A stretch of 64,000 bases of DNA from the human T2T-CHM13v2.0 reference genome, Homo sapiens: NCBI GenBank assembly GCA_009914755.4, contig CP086569.2, forward strand, positions 6,752,001 to 6,816,000. The letters run 5' to 3'. A program made the position numbers and the translations under genes. Shown here one piece after another: positions 11,166 through 27,580 of the stretch. Numbering within the stretch: the stretch's first letter is position 1; each line of letters begins with the position of its first letter. The notes beneath the pieces are model-generated. The model ran no database searches, was not told the DNA's origin, and saw only the letters and a program-made list of their open reading frames with translations.

Positions 11166-11869
11166 CTGATCCCTGTTATAAAATCACAGATAAAGACACT
11201 GTTCATTTCTGTTTACCAGTTTTGCACCGCAAGTTACAGTACATATCCCTGGAAAGACCTTGGCTTTGCAACTAAGGGTTGCACAGATAGGAATGTAAAT
11301 TTGAGGAAATGCCTGAGACAGTTCCAGCGGTTACATCCCCCTGTATCTGTTGTTTGGGACAGTTTCAGTGGCCACATCTCCCTCTGTGTGCACGAGGAAA
11401 GAGAAGTGTGAAAGCATAGGAAGGAGAGCTGGAGAAGGAGCTCTTCCCAAGGCCCCCTTTGGCTTCTTCCACATTATCCTACACTCATTCTTAGAATGTT
11501 AAGCTCACCTGATCATTCAGAGGAAGCTTGAAGAACAAAAATTTAAAAGTGCACCAATACGGGTGTTGGGAATACACCAAAAATTCTGCATGCAGACTTA
11601 CATGGAAGAAGATATGCTGAAAGCTTTGTATGCATGCTTGTGTGCACAGGCACCTATGCACACAAATGAGAAAAGCAGAAGCAGGGAGAATGACCACAGG
11701 GTGCAAGCTATTAGAGTCCAGGTTTTACCATGTCACCTAGGCTGCAGTGCACAACATAGCTGCATTTCCCATCAATGTTTATGTGTGGACACTAACATTT
11801 AAGTTTCATGTATATTCACATGACAGGAAAAACTTTTTTTTTAAATTTTGATTTCTAAAAACACTTTAA

Positions 11870-12158
11870 GGCTGGGTAAGGTGGTTCAGACCTGTAATCC
11901 CAGCACTTTAAGATGCCGAGGTGGGAAGATCTCCTGAGCCCAGGAGTTGGAGACTAGCCTAGCAACACAGTGATATCTTATCTTTACAAAAACTTAAAAA
12001 ATTAGCCACGTTTGGTGGTGTGCACTTGTAGTCTCAGCCCAGGAGGTCGAGGCTGAAGTGAAAATACAATCCCAGCCTGGACAACAGAATGAGACCCTAT
12101 CTTTAAAAAAACAAAAACAAAAACAAACAAACAAAAAAAAAACAAACAAAAACAAAGA
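11870..12158 (+). mobile_element. Alu SINE with a long degenerate (CAAA/CAAAA)n tail
   Basis: Starts 'ggctgggtaaggtggttcagacctgtaatcccagcacttt...'. The tail is 'aaaaacaaaaacaaaaacaaacaaacaaaaaaaaaacaaacaaaaacaaag'. Confidence 0.9.
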
Positions 12159-13304
12159 ACAAAAGTAAGATGTAAAATCATTCTTAGCTTGTGGATTCTA
12201 GAATACTGGCAGGATTTGGGTCATAGGCTGCAGTTTGTGCACTTGTGATGGAAAAACCAAACCCAAAAAGCCCGGATAGGGAAGGGATTTAATGTCACAA
12301 AACATGGTGGAGGAGAACACACAGTGCAAAATACAAAAGAATCCATGCACGTGTGCACCCAGAGTGGACTCCATCTCAAAAAAAAAAAAAAAAATCCCCC
12401 CCAAAATTCTTAAGAAGACTTTCTTTCCAGAAGAACATCGACATCCCTCACCACCAACCCATGTATTAAAAGCACACATACTTAACTGAGTTTTTAAAAG
12501 GAGCCTCAGTCAAATTGTAATACTTGAAACAATTTATTCACCGTTTCCAACAGTGACACAGTTTCCAGTTTCCTGGAGGGTCAGAAACACTTGGAAACTA
12601 AATGATGAATTAACTGGCATGTGTCTACTCTGAGCCCTAGGAGGGCCCATAGGAGACGCCCTCTGCTCGTTGGCTGTCCAACACCCATGACCATGAATGT
12701 ATACCCTTGTGTCTGGAGGGCATTCATATTAGCCTATACAATCATGCCACACGTGCATTTGCTACCCCATGGTCATCATATGGGCTTAGAGAAATAGAAC
12801 TTATAAGAATCATCAAATACAGTCATCAAGTTGCTCAACCACCTTGAACTATAAGTGGTTCTGTGAAGTGTGACTCTCTTAACCATCTGCCCTGAATGCC
12901 AGACTCCAGTGAGGCACAACCGTGCAATAAGGCATAACTATGCAAAGGTATCCCAGTGGTAGAGATACTTAGTGTTTTCGTTACTAGTGATAAGGTACAC
13001 AGTTTTGTTACTAAAGGGCTGACAAGACCCACCCACTTTTACTTCTAATGCGACTTCTATGAGGAGGTAAGAAAGCCAATGCCAACAAGTCCCCTCATGT
13101 AACTTGGTTTGTGTATGTAGTCAGGCAGGGGATCAAGCGTTCTTTTTGAAGACTATGCCTCTTAGCAGCACACCTGATTGACAGTCACTGAGAATACTTC
13201 AGAGGCTCAGGGTGAGAAGAGATGGACAGCGATGGGGGATGGGAAACTAGACTCCCACTCTGTCTTCAGGCAGCAGATGGCTCATTAAAACTACCGGAAA
13301 TGTC

Positions 13305-13927
<623 letters not shown>

Positions 13928-15788
13928 TCATGACATACCTCCTCCAAAATAGCTGAACACCTAACAACACCAAACACGCTTTTTAAAAAGTCAAAGTAAA
14001 TTAACTTTTCCCCTGAAAATGTAGGGAATAAAGAAAGTTTCCCAAACTCAAACTCAGACAACTCGGGTAGATATCTAAGACGAATGCTCGTGTCAAACAT
14101 CTGTATTTATAACTTCGTTGGAACTGTTACAGTAGGTTATATGAATTAGTGGAGGACAAGACTGTTTTAAATGCCTTCTTTTCATACATAGCATTTAACA
14201 TTAAGTATTTAATGTAATTTGTTTGACAAATTTTTCTTACCTTTTTAATTGTTGATGTGGAATGTAAGAATGCTTGTAATAATGCTGAAGCCAGAGGGAT
14301 GGCTTTCCTTTCATACACGTGGAAATTTAATTCTTTGGGGGATATTGGAAGACACTGGATGAGAAACAGTTCTATTCATTCCTTTTAGTGTACACAGATT
14401 AAGTCAAATACATACAACATTTTAGGGAGTAGGAACTGTTGAACTATTTGTTGAGTAAATAGTATGTATTTTCAAACACAGTTAAGTTTTTTCTAATTTG
14501 AGGCCATATCACTGACTATCTTATCCCTTCAATGGAAGCCATGTTACATAGTCTGTTGTTAAATGGGTCACTACCCAGTGAAAAAATATATTTCATGACA
14601 TAAGACTGCCAATCTTTTTTGGTCTTTGCTCCATCTTGACCTTAAGATGTTCATCAACCCATTTTATCCAAGCAAAGTACATTAGACTGTTGGACCTGCT
14701 AAAATAATATTTCACTGAAATCTGGCATTAAAAAATTTAAGTGGGTATTTGGAGCTCCATGTAATGATTACAGTTTTTTTTCAATTTGAAATAAATAAGC
14801 GTCCTTTGAATACTAAAAGCTGTTTCCTTTTGACATTTAATTAACCCTGTTTAAAACGTGAGATGTAAAGTGGTGGTTTGCTAGTGGACTAGACTTTTTC
14901 TTTTAGGCTGCCAAGGGCTTTGAAGAGGATTATCACAAAGTTTTGTGTCAGAAACTGTAAGTAGTGCATATTTAATCTTAAAAACTCAGGATTGATGTAA
15001 GCACTGGAATACTTTATTTGCAGAAATGTGTATCACATTACTTAATTTTTTTTTGAAACAGCTGTAGGAAGAGTTAGCACTTATTCAGTTGTCTCTTCAA
15101 CCTCTGTTATTCTGATGACCGAAGAAATAACTTGAACCTACTTTCTATGATACAAGCATAACTTGAGCTACACTAAACCATGACAATGTTTTGATAATTC
15201 TGTAATCAGTATATATCATCTATTATTTGTCTGTTAGTTAAGTGCCAGACCTCATTTCTGTGATCTGTTAAACATTAAATATAATTTAGTTTTAGGTTTA
15301 GCCTGTGAACCTTCATCAGTTCCAAAAATGTAGAAAATACAGTCATGGAAAAGTACATTTTTCTCTAATAAAAAAAGATAAAAGAGTGATGCCTCTTAAA
15401 ATGTGTCTGTACATTGTCTTTAAAAAATCCAGATTTCGATGAGAAATGAATATTCATGTCATTGTAGTCATGAGTTAGGAGGAACCATGATATTCTGTGA
15501 CATGGAACAAGTTTGTGCTCTATTTCATTACTGTCTTCTATTACAACACTTTAGCCTTTTCCAATGTGTGCCAAAACACACAGCTTTTAATCAGCTTAGT
15601 CAGAGTAACATTAAATGTAATCAGGGTGGCTAACACACTATGTTAGCAAAAGCAGAGCAAATCTGACAACTCTAATTAAAAAACAGATTTTTTTTTCTCC
15701 CAGATGAATCCTGTAGAAAATTCTTACAAGACAATCTCATTATGCTGGTTTGTGCATTATGCTGGACCTTTAGTGTCTGTTTTGGGAT

Positions 15789-15874
15789 GTGTGTGTGTAT
15801 GTGTTATGCTGAACCTTAATTTAGTGTCTCTTCTCCAAGATCTGTCACTTCTGCTGCTCAAAACAACTGAGCTG

Positions 15875-15880
<6 letters not shown>
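15789..15880 (+). repeat. Copy A of a ~90-bp low-copy direct repeat (copies B and C are at 17299-17380 and 17436-17510)
   Basis: 'tatgctgaaccttRatttagtgtctcttctccaagatctgtYactYctgctgctcaRaacaaYtgagct' recurs three times, each copy next to a (GT)n run. Copies A and B flank the LTR12-like element. Confidence 0.8.
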
Positions 15881-15919
<39 letters not shown>

Positions 15920-15922
15920 TGT
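15879..15922. repeat. (GT)n/(CA)n microsatellite, about 21 units
   Basis: An uninterrupted gtgtgt... run. Confidence 0.95.
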
Positions 15923-15974
15923 ATCAGGGGAACGAGCTCCTAATATTTCAACGTAGGTTCTTTTCTGTTTTCCC

Positions 15975-17297
<1,323 letters not shown>

Positions 17298-18362
17298 ACA
17301 TGTGTGTGTTATGCTGAACCTTGATTTAGTGTCTCTTCTCCAAGATCTGTTACTCCTGCTGCTCAGAACAATTGAGCTCTTGTGTAGGGTGTGTGTGTGT
17401 GTGTGTGTGCATGCACGCGCGCACGTGTTGGCTATGCTGAACCTTGATTTAGAAGGTAACAGACCTTCTCCAAGATCTGTTACTCCTGCTGCTCAAAACA
17501 ATTGAGATGAGCCTAATCCCTACAAAGTTGAAGATTATGGTCAAAGCAAGTCTATTTGTGGTTCTGTAGAGAAGAACTGGCTACCAAACCACTGTAAGAA
17601 AAGGAAAATAATGACTCACTAACAAAGCCATCCAGTACTTTCATGGAAAACACTTTGAGTAAAATATAGCTCTCTAACTTATCTAGTATGGAATCAATCT
17701 GTCTTGCACTTTGGGAAAAAACAAACTGCCATTTATTAAGTTTCCAATAATGCAATCCTATGATTCAAATCTCTTGTCAACAGCACATAGCAGTAACAAT
17801 TTATGGCTTGGTGATTTATTATTTTGCAAATTACAGATACATAATCCATTGAGATGTGAAAACGCCAGGCTTTCTACATTTCCCTACCATGATGAAGTGA
17901 CTAACTGTCACAGAATACATATTGGAAAACAGTGTGATATAAGGTTGCTGGAAGATCTAGCAGTTTTAGCTTGTCTGGTGAAAATGAAATCTACAGAGAT
18001 AACAGAAAGAAAATATAATGGTGGCTTCAAGTAAATACTTGGCTTCCTCTCTCTTCATTATCAGATAGATCATGCAGCCCTTCCCTCCGGACACTTAGAG
18101 GATCCAATTAGCACCCATTAGGTTGGTGTTTCCACAATGGTCTGAAGCCACAAGGAAGCCATAGCCACCAGTTGCCTGCGGAGTGGTGGTAGTATCATCC
18201 TATGATCTGACAGACTTTCAACTCCTGAGAGACTCAGCTATACTTTGAAAATGTATCCTCAATCAGACCCTTGCCACCACCTCCATCCTTCACTTAGATA
18301 CTGAAGTGACTTCCCAACTGGTCCCTGAGTCTGTCCCTATACCTGTTTATTCCTCACACAGT

Positions 18363-18722
18363 GTCTTAGTCCATGCATGCTGCTAATACTTTTGACTGGG
18401 TTAATTTATAAATAACAGAAATTTATTGTTCACAGTAGTGATAGACTAGAAATACAAGATCAAGGCACAAGCAGACTCAATGCTTCCTGAGAACTACATT
18501 TCTGCTTCCAAGATGTCATATTCTTTCTGTGACCTCATATGGCGAAAAGGGCAAATACACTCCCTTCAATCTCTTTTATAAAGCTACTAATACCATTCAT
18601 AAGGGTGGAACCCTCAAGACATAATCCCTTCCCAAAGTCTCTGTCTTCTGATGCCATCACATGGGGAATTTCGTTTCAATATACACATTTTGGCGAGATA
18701 CTAACATTCAGATCATAGCATA
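18363..18722 (-). mobile_element. MaLR (ERVL-MaLR, MLT1-type) LTR
   Basis: 'gtcttagtccatgcatgctgctaata...gggttaatttataaataacagaaatttattg' is the reverse complement of the MLT1 3' end. The segment ending '...cattcagatcatagca' is the reverse complement of the MLT1 5' start 'tgctatggtctgaatg'. Confidence 0.7.
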
Positions 18723-19555
18723 CAGTAGAGCATTCAAAGAGATAAGTGAAAGAGCAGGTCACTCTTCTATTCAAAGCCTGCCAGGGGCATCCTGCCTTTC
18801 TCAGAACAAAAGGCAAGTCTTTGCAATGGTGGACAAGAAGCCAAGTGACTGGTCTATCCCCTTAACCCCATCTTCAACCTTCTGTCTTAGAGTGTTCATC
18901 CTTCTCTCTTAGAATGTGCATCCTTGATATCTTGCCTTCAGCTGTGCTCTCACCTCACTGTTTCTTAAGTATGCAAATCTCACTCCTGCCTCAGACTTTT
19001 CTCTTTGTCTTTCTGCCTAGAGCACTCACCCTTCCAGATAACCACTTGATTCACTCCCTCAACTTCTCCCAGGTCTAGGCTCAAATGTCATTTGATAGAA
19101 GGGAATCCCTGGCTGCACCCTATTAAGGAGACTCCTCTTCTCTACAAAAGTTGCTGCCTCTTACCTGTTGCAATTTTTCTCCTTGGTTCTCTTCACTTCC
19201 TCTGTGTCTGGGTGTTGTGTTTGTGTGTGTATGCACGTGCACATGTGTCCCCTTCCTGTTGCATCTTTCTTCATGGCAATTTTACAGAACACTTCAACTA
19301 CCATCTCCAAGTGTTGGACTATGCCACCGTAATAAGTGCAAGCTGAATCTCTTCAAAACAACACAGCACAGACTCATTGAATTTACTGATAATATAAGGA
19401 CACTGTTATTTACCTCCTCAAATTTTTTTGCCAGTTTCACAAAATTGTATTTTTGAAATGCTCAGGAAGTATTTGTCATATAAGTGGCCATTAAGATTTT
19501 ATTATTCAGCATTACCAAAGGCATTCAGTGTACTTCTCTTAACATCTAGTAATAG

Positions 19556-19730
19556 GTCAGGCACAGTGGCTCATGCCTGTAATGCCAGCACTTTGGGGAG
19601 GCTGAGGTAGGAGGATAACCTGAACCTGGGAGGCAGAGGCTGCAGTGAGCTGAGATCACACCACTGCATTCCAGCTTGTGCAACAGAGTGAGACCCTGTC
19701 TCAAAAATAAAAACAAAAAACCCAAATGCA
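19556..19730 (+). mobile_element. Alu SINE with an internal deletion
   Basis: 'ggtcaggcacagtggctcatgcctgtaatgccagcactttggggaggctgaggtaggagga' is joined to 'cctgaacctgggaggcagaggctgcagtgagctgagatcacaccactgcattccagc'. Confidence 0.85.
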
Positions 19731-20542
19731 AATTAAAATTCCAAAACACACAGATCAATGGATTAAAGTGCCATGCCAAATGCTCTGTATGAAATGTCAA
19801 AAAGGAGAGGGCTTCAGGTGGCTTGGATTCAACAGCACCATGTGACCAAGCACAGCAAAGTGATAGGTCTCACTGGATTTGTCATCATTCACTCAGTTTT
19901 CATCATTTTTAACTCTACTGCGCAATATATTAACATGGGCTAAGCAATTCTAACCATGCAGACAATGTGTAGGTCTTTCCTCAGTGGATGGGCACCACAA
20001 AATAAGCTTGACCAAGTCGCAAAATTGGGGCTGGAGTCAGCTGAACCAAGCAATGCCTATTCCTCTCCCTCTGTTCTCTTTAGAGCCAACAGTTCACCCT
20101 GACTTTTACTCTACTGTGTGTTGAATCTCCCTCAGTTAGGACCACAGCTCCGAGGCTGCAAACACCTGTTGAGCATGAATTCCAAGCTCACTATCCCATG
20201 GGTGACAAGCAACATTGTGACCTGCCTCCCATTGTCAATTGGTGCCATTATCACAGTGACTCCCTACACACCAGGACCACCATGTCACTGTGCCATTCAG
20301 GAACCCCAGGGGCCACCAATATGGCCATCCCAGGATGCTGGCCTATCAGGATCCCAGGGCATGGCCCCAAGCACCAGCTTCATTACCTCTGCAGCCGGCT
20401 CAGTGCCCATGCTTTTGCAAAAACAGGTTTATAGGGGCGCTGACAAATACTGACTACCTGCAAAATGCAAACACTGGTTTGAAAAAGGCCTGTCTGTAGT
20501 GGAAATCCTGTACTTCACACATACTCTGTTTAAAAAAAAATA

Positions 20543-20815
20543 GGGCTGGGCATGGTGGCTCACACCTGTAATTCCAGCATTTTGAGAGCCCAAGGCAGGT
20601 GGATCACCTAAGTTCAGGAATTTAAGACCAGCCTGACCCATATGGTGAAACCTTGTCTCTACTAAAAACACAGAAATTAGCCAGGTGTAGTGGTGGGCGC
20701 CTGTAGTCCCAGCTACTCAGGAGGCTGAGACAGGAGAATTGCTTGAACTTGGGAGGTGGAGGTTGCAAAAGATCTCACTATTGCACTCCAGCCTGGGTGA
20801 CAGAGCAAGAAATAG
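20543..20815 (+). mobile_element. Alu SINE
   Basis: 'gggctgggcatggtggctcacacctgtaattccagcattttgagagcccaaggcaggtggatcacc...'. Confidence 0.9.
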
Positions 20816-21396
20816 AAGAGCTTTTGAAAAAACAGGTTAAAAATAACAAATCTCTGTTCTTCTCACCATTTAGAGAATCAGTCAAGCAAAACAACAGTTG
20901 CCCTCTAAGTTTTGCAAAGTGAATACTTGGAGCAAAATAAGCCTAATTAGTAACAACTAAATCACCCAGATATAAACCCACAATGAAAGCATATGGGAAC
21001 CTCCTTTCCCCCAAAGTCACCATCAGACTTAGAACCAAGGTAGAAATGAGAAATGATGTATCCATATGCTCCTGACATAACCCTCTAAACCAGGTGGACA
21101 GACGTCCTGGGTAACTGCGGATAGGTACGTATTGCACCCCCAGGATCCCTGTAACTACAGGTTCTCAAGAACACCAGGACCACAACCCACATCCCATCTA
21201 GAAACTTCTTTCTCTGATGCCTGCCAAAAGGTCTACTTTTCAGTTCATTATCATAATGAAGGTGAAGTTTTTGCTAATTAGGTGAAATCGTGCATCAGGC
21301 AATAAAAGGACCAAGAGATGTAAGAATTCCTCCTTGGTACAACCAAAGGAGTAAGAAGAGCCCACTTTTGCTTGAAGGCTTACACTAGTGAAATTA

Positions 21397-21419
21397 AAAA
21401 AAAAAAAAAAAAAAAAAAC
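21397..21419. repeat. A23 homopolymer (possible retroposed poly-A tail)
   Basis: 'gaaattaaaaaaaaaaaaaaaaaaaaaaacctg'. An AATAAA lies about 100 bp upstream at 21300. The source element is not identified. Confidence 0.4.
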
Positions 21420-24400
21420 CTGAAAACTGGGAAAACTGGTTGGTAGCACGGCACGGGTCAGAAGTGAAAGTGCTATGGTCCAAGAAACCCAACCTGCCCT
21501 GAGTGCACTCAGTGTCTGTAAAGAGTCAAGTGTAAAGGTGGCTCTTTTTCAAACCATTTCCAGAATGTAGACAAACCCTGAATTTATAGAATGGGTTATT
21601 ATGTTTTATGATTTCTACATAGAAAATATTTTCTAACCATATCATTTTATAACAAATTAACAATAGCTAATGTTTCCTTTAAAATTTTTCAAGCACACAG
21701 AAAAGTATGAAGAATAATACAGACACATCTGCCATCCGTTCATTTTGCCATATTTGCTTTAGATTTTTAATACTTAAAAATTACATAATGTTCGAAGCCC
21801 CTTATATAACTCCCATCCTGCTCTAGTTCCTCCACAGTGCAAATCTGATTTTGAAGCTAATCATTCCTATCAGTACTTTTGCACTCACACTACAGGTAAG
21901 CCTACACCAAGGACAGCTGATGTCTTTGCAGGTAACATAGTGTACAGTTCCTGCCATACCTTTTCTCTCCAAGTTGTGCTTTGGGATTTATCTGTGTAGA
22001 TACAGGCAGTTCTACTGTATTTATGACAATTGCAGTGTGCTCCTCATTGTCTGAAAAATCCATCCTCCTGTTGACTGACATTTATTTTTTCCAACTTTTT
22101 TGTGAATATAACACTAAATACGTATTTGTCTGTTTCTTTACATATCCATATCTAAGGTTTACAACTAGAAATGGAACTGCAAAAAAGTGTAAATGCTTTG
22201 TAAAAAATGTGATGAAGTGTCATACTGTATGGTCATTCACAAACATGTCCTCTTTCACTTCTTATTAGGCCAGATGTCTTATGTTACAAAATTTTTATCA
22301 AGAGATCTTGGTTGGAAAAGGGGAAACAGTACTTTGCATATACTCTTTTTCTGTCACAAGATTACATTCTACAAAAACAGAAAATATAGTTAACAAATCT
22401 CATTTAAATAAAAACTATAAACTCAGGCAATAACAGGAGGCTCTCCATTGGCAAAAGAGCATCTCAGAAGAGGCACAAGGACCCAGAGAGTTTTGAAATC
22501 CCAGGAATCACATAGAAAATGTACAAGTATCTGCGTTTTCTTGGGGAGAGGATCCATAGCTTTTACCAAATTATCTGAGAGTCCAGACCCAAAAAAACTT
22601 TAGAAAGGCATTTTTTCAATTCCAAACTTGGGCAGCAATGTGGGAGTGAACATCAGCCAACAGCCGACAGAACCGTGGATGGACACTCTACCTTCCAAAG
22701 CAGACGAATGACTCACCAACATACCTGGAAAGAACATTTTTTTAAATATAATTGACTTCAGAATCCTTTAACATATACTCAGGAAAAAATAATGAGTCAT
22801 AATTCAAGTAATGTGGACTGCTGTTTATATGCAATATTAGAAAATAAATCAAGGTTTCCACTGGGAAAAGCCTGAAGTCCACAGCTTTTTTCTAACCTCA
22901 GTGAGATAGTTAAGACTGGCTGAGAACACTGAACTGCTATTTCAATCATGGAAAGGAGACACGGTTTGGAAATAATGCTGTGGGACTATTTCTCTCTGTA
23001 TTAAATATGCCACACAATTTTTCTTTTTTAATTATTAGGTAATCAGGCAATCAAACAAAAGGAAGCAGACAATTTAAGTTGGAACAGGAGATTCCCACAG
23101 ATTGGAGGGATGGGGCCCCAATGTGAACAGACCCCGCCACGCAGCTTCCCAGCCTTCCAGAAACCCTGTGTGGGCTGCTGGGCTTTTCACCTTAGCAACG
23201 ACTCTAAACATATGTACAGTGACACCAGCTGATTTCTGAAAGATGTAAAAATGGAACAATGGCATAAATTCCAGATTCAAGTAAGGAACACACACCACCA
23301 CCTCTTCCACCCCACCCAACCCCTAAATCCCACTGCTAACCCTGGAGGCAATGCAACATATGCAAACATAGCTTTAATCCCCCTCACATACCAATTTATC
23401 TGCATAATCACATGCCTACAAAAGCTAAATAAGGTCTTTAGATTAACTCTGCACAAACATGTGCACAGACAAAAAATGGCCAAGAGATGGCCGAATCTGG
23501 CAACAGCAGACTAGCCCACAGCAGCCACAGCCCACCTATGGGAGTGCTGTACATTCACCAGCCACAGCTCTGCTTCCCACTCTCTGCCTCATACCTCAAT
23601 GGGCTATTGGTCCTCTCTCTCAGGGCCTTTCCAGATCTCGGCTTCTGGTCCTCTGGGCCTCAAAGTGCAATGCAGGTACTGACAGGCAGATCTCCATCAG
23701 AAGAGAGACAAAGATGAGGTTAACTGCCTGGGCAAAGGTTCCAGGCAGAATATCAAGCATGTCTGGTAAAGTAGAGTGACAGTCCAGGCTCAGACCTCAG
23801 AACCAGTTTCTGTCTTTGAAGAACGCAATCCATTTCACCTGAGAGTTGGAAAACATTGAATTTCCCAGAGATGCTGAGGCTTTGGGAAGACAGCATTTAG
23901 TCCAGGATAAACCAGCAATACTCTCGACCAGGTTTGCAAAAATTAATGGCCCAACATTATCAAGGTGAAGGATGAGGAGAGACAAAGCAGGGAGAAGCCA
24001 TGTGAACTCCTTGCCGCCTGCAGTCAGATCTTCCAGTACTCCAGGTGCTTAAGCAGGATATGACTTTTCCTTACTTCTTCACTATCATCTTTTTGAAGCA
24101 TTAGATGGAAAACTAGGTGAATAAATCCCCAATTAGGAGCTGACATTCTCAAGAGAAAAAACAAACTTGATGTTTCATAGTGTAAAAATCTATTGTGGGC
24201 CCTACAGATATAGTTCTCATTACAGTCCTCATTATAATTACATACTAAATACTCCAAGGAAAAACACAATTGCATGTTAAGACATGAAAAAATTATTGCA
24301 GAATAACCAAGCTTTTGTTCCCTCACAGAGCCTTTTCTGCAATATTTTACATCCAGGTGACAAAGGAGTGGCCAGAGGGAGAATGGGAAGGAGAATGGAA

Positions 24401-24518
24401 AGAGGCTCATATCACAGATCTGAAAACAGGCGTCATTTACATGCTTCATAATTCTGAACTCAGGATGCAAAACCCATAAAAATTATGTACTCAGGACTGT
24501 TTGCAAATCTAAGTGCAT

Positions 24519-25218
<700 letters not shown>

Positions 25219-26479
25219 TAATTGCTTAAACTGAATTTGTGGCAAACTATTTCTAAGTAAAAATCAGCTCAGATTTGTGTTTTTCAGTGTAATCTGTTAA
25301 AAGCCAGGGTACACAGGCATTCCTAACACATAGTGTATGTGTGCATGCATGAGCAAATGAGACAGAGCCTGAGGCTGACTAGAAGGATGGTAAGGGTACC
25401 ACAGAGAACACAATGCCTACTCTTGGATTTGCCAGAGAATTAACCTAGTTCAGAACCTCACCTGTCAGAAAACACAAAGCAGCAAAGGGTCTGAATTTGG
25501 TCAGTCACTTCCCAAAGAGAAGCATCCATAAACCACCATTTACCTTCAGATAAAGACTAACAGGTTTATTACAAATGATTCACAGCTCACGTTTTCCAAG
25601 GAAGGGCTTCCAACTAAGAAGTCACAGGGCAGACACAGTCATGGTGCACCTCCCTGCAGCTGTCTCTGTCATCAGTGTCTTACACAGTTTATGCTTCACG
25701 GGTCATGAGGCTCTGTTCTTTGCTCCTGTGGACCAACAGAGTAGGGGAAACTAAGGATTCCAAGCTGTTTGGGGTGTGGGGAATTCACCCATCCATGCAG
25801 GGCCAGCTCTAACCCTCTGAACCCAGGGTCACATTATGGACATAAAAAAGTTGGCACAGGCAGCCAGCTGCTCCTCAAGCCCAGCCCCCACACTTTCTGC
25901 TCCCGACTGAAGTTGTAAGTCTAGGACTTCCTGGGCCTCAATCTCCTCGTCTGCATACTGGGAACAATCCCTGGGGTCTGCACTGTGCTCTGGAAGGAGC
26001 ACACAGCACCGTGTGTGCTGAGCACACACAAGCAACCCTGACTCAGGACAGTTTCCCAGCCCTAAGTCATGACTAAGGCTTAACTATCCATTTCAAATTA
26101 CATCTGCACAATGCTTTACTTTCATATGTTATTTTATTTGGAGCCTCTAATGAGCCTCAGCTAACAGATGGTATTATTTCCACATTGCAAACAAACAGAT
26201 GGTAGCTGCAACCATCCAAAGACACTCCCTTGCTGTGAATGCCTGGTCAGCCCTCCAGGCAGGACCATCAACTTCAGACCCCATCAGAGCCAACACAGCC
26301 CACTGCTGTCTGCACACTCCTGGAAAATATCTGTGTGTCTGGACTGACCGACATTGATTTTATCCTCTTGAGGATAAAATAATCCCATCTGTCAAGATGA
26401 CCCACGAATAAAGCCTCCTCCTGAACGTTGCCTCAGCATCTGGAGGATAAGCCCACGATGAAAAATGCAAGCATATAGG

Positions 26480-26945
26480 AAGACAGTCTGTGCCGAGGCC
26501 CCCAGGATTAGAGAGGGCCAGAAATGAAAGTGCCCTCACACATGCTGGGAGCTGCCAACACCTTCAGACTGGGAAGAACAAAGAGCTCCCAAGCACGAGG
26601 GCATGGGAACACAGTAGAGGGACAGACGTGAGGCCAGAGGTGGCTGGAGCAGCAGCACTCACCAAAAGACTCAATGCCATGCTCTCCCTTAGTATCCCGC
26701 TTAGGGGGCTCTGCCCTTAGGGGTAGATGAGCACTGCTATGAAGGGCTGGACCTGGGAGGCAGTCCCCTTTCACTCCTCTGTCCCTACAGCCATGGGAGG
26801 ACACAGCACCAAGCACCACATGTAGGCAGAGACCAGGCCCTCCAGTGGCACCAGGCTTTCCAACTTCCAGCTTCCAGAACTGTAAGAAATAAATTTCTGT
26901 TCTATATAAATGACCCAGTCTCAGACATTGTTATAGCAGCATAAA
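26480..26945 (+). mobile_element. MaLR LTR (MLT1-type)
   Basis: 3' region reads '...ccatgggaggacacagcaccaag...cttccagcttccagaactgtaagaaataaatttctgttctatataaatgacccagtctcagacattgttatagcagcataaatgggctaag'. Confidence 0.75.
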
Positions 26946-27294
26946 TGGGCTAAGGAAAAAAAAGGAAATGCACTAAGAAATCCAATTTAAAGACAAAGTT
27001 TGTCAGACAGGAATGGAAAAACTAACCCAGCTAGCGCAGCATGAGTTAAGCGATACCTAAACCATGAAAACTGGCAAACATTTCAGAAAAGACAAACTGG
27101 GCACATATTGCACACATCAGACTGGGCTTCTTCTACCAATGCCGGGTACAGACCTGAGGCCAGAATGCATTTCAGGAGATAAAATGAGCCACTATAATAT
27201 GGCAGAAAGTTTCTTTCCTAGGAGAACTAAGACGATCCAAACATTTATGCAAATAAGAAAGCCTCTGAGTAAAGGGCAAGAATCAGCAGAACAG

Positions 27295-27580
27295 GCCAGA
27301 CATGGTAGCTTATAATCCCAGCAATTTGGGAGGCCAAGGCAGACAGATCACTTGAGGTCAGGAGTTGGAGACCAGCCTGGACAACATAGTGAAACCCCAT
27401 CTCTGCTAACACTACAAAAAAAAAAAAATAGCCAGGCATGGTGGTGGGTGCTTTTAATCCCAGGTACTTGTGAGGCTGAGGCAGGAGAATCCCTTGAACC
27501 CAGGAGGCAGAGGTTGCAGTGAGCTGAAATTGCACTCCAGCCTGGGTGACAGAACCAATCTGTCTCAAAATAGAAGAAAA
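27295..27580 (+). mobile_element. Alu SINE
   Basis: 'ggccagacatggtagcttataatcccagcaatttgggaggccaaggcagacagatcacttgaggtcaggag...'. Confidence 0.9.

Noticed and set aside
24024-24470. A 148-aa minus-strand ORF in unique (non-repeat) sequence
   Set aside because: I recognise no domain. The composition is typical of random AT-rich ORFs. The ORF is not flanked by plausible splice or promoter signals. A translated database search would be needed to revive it.
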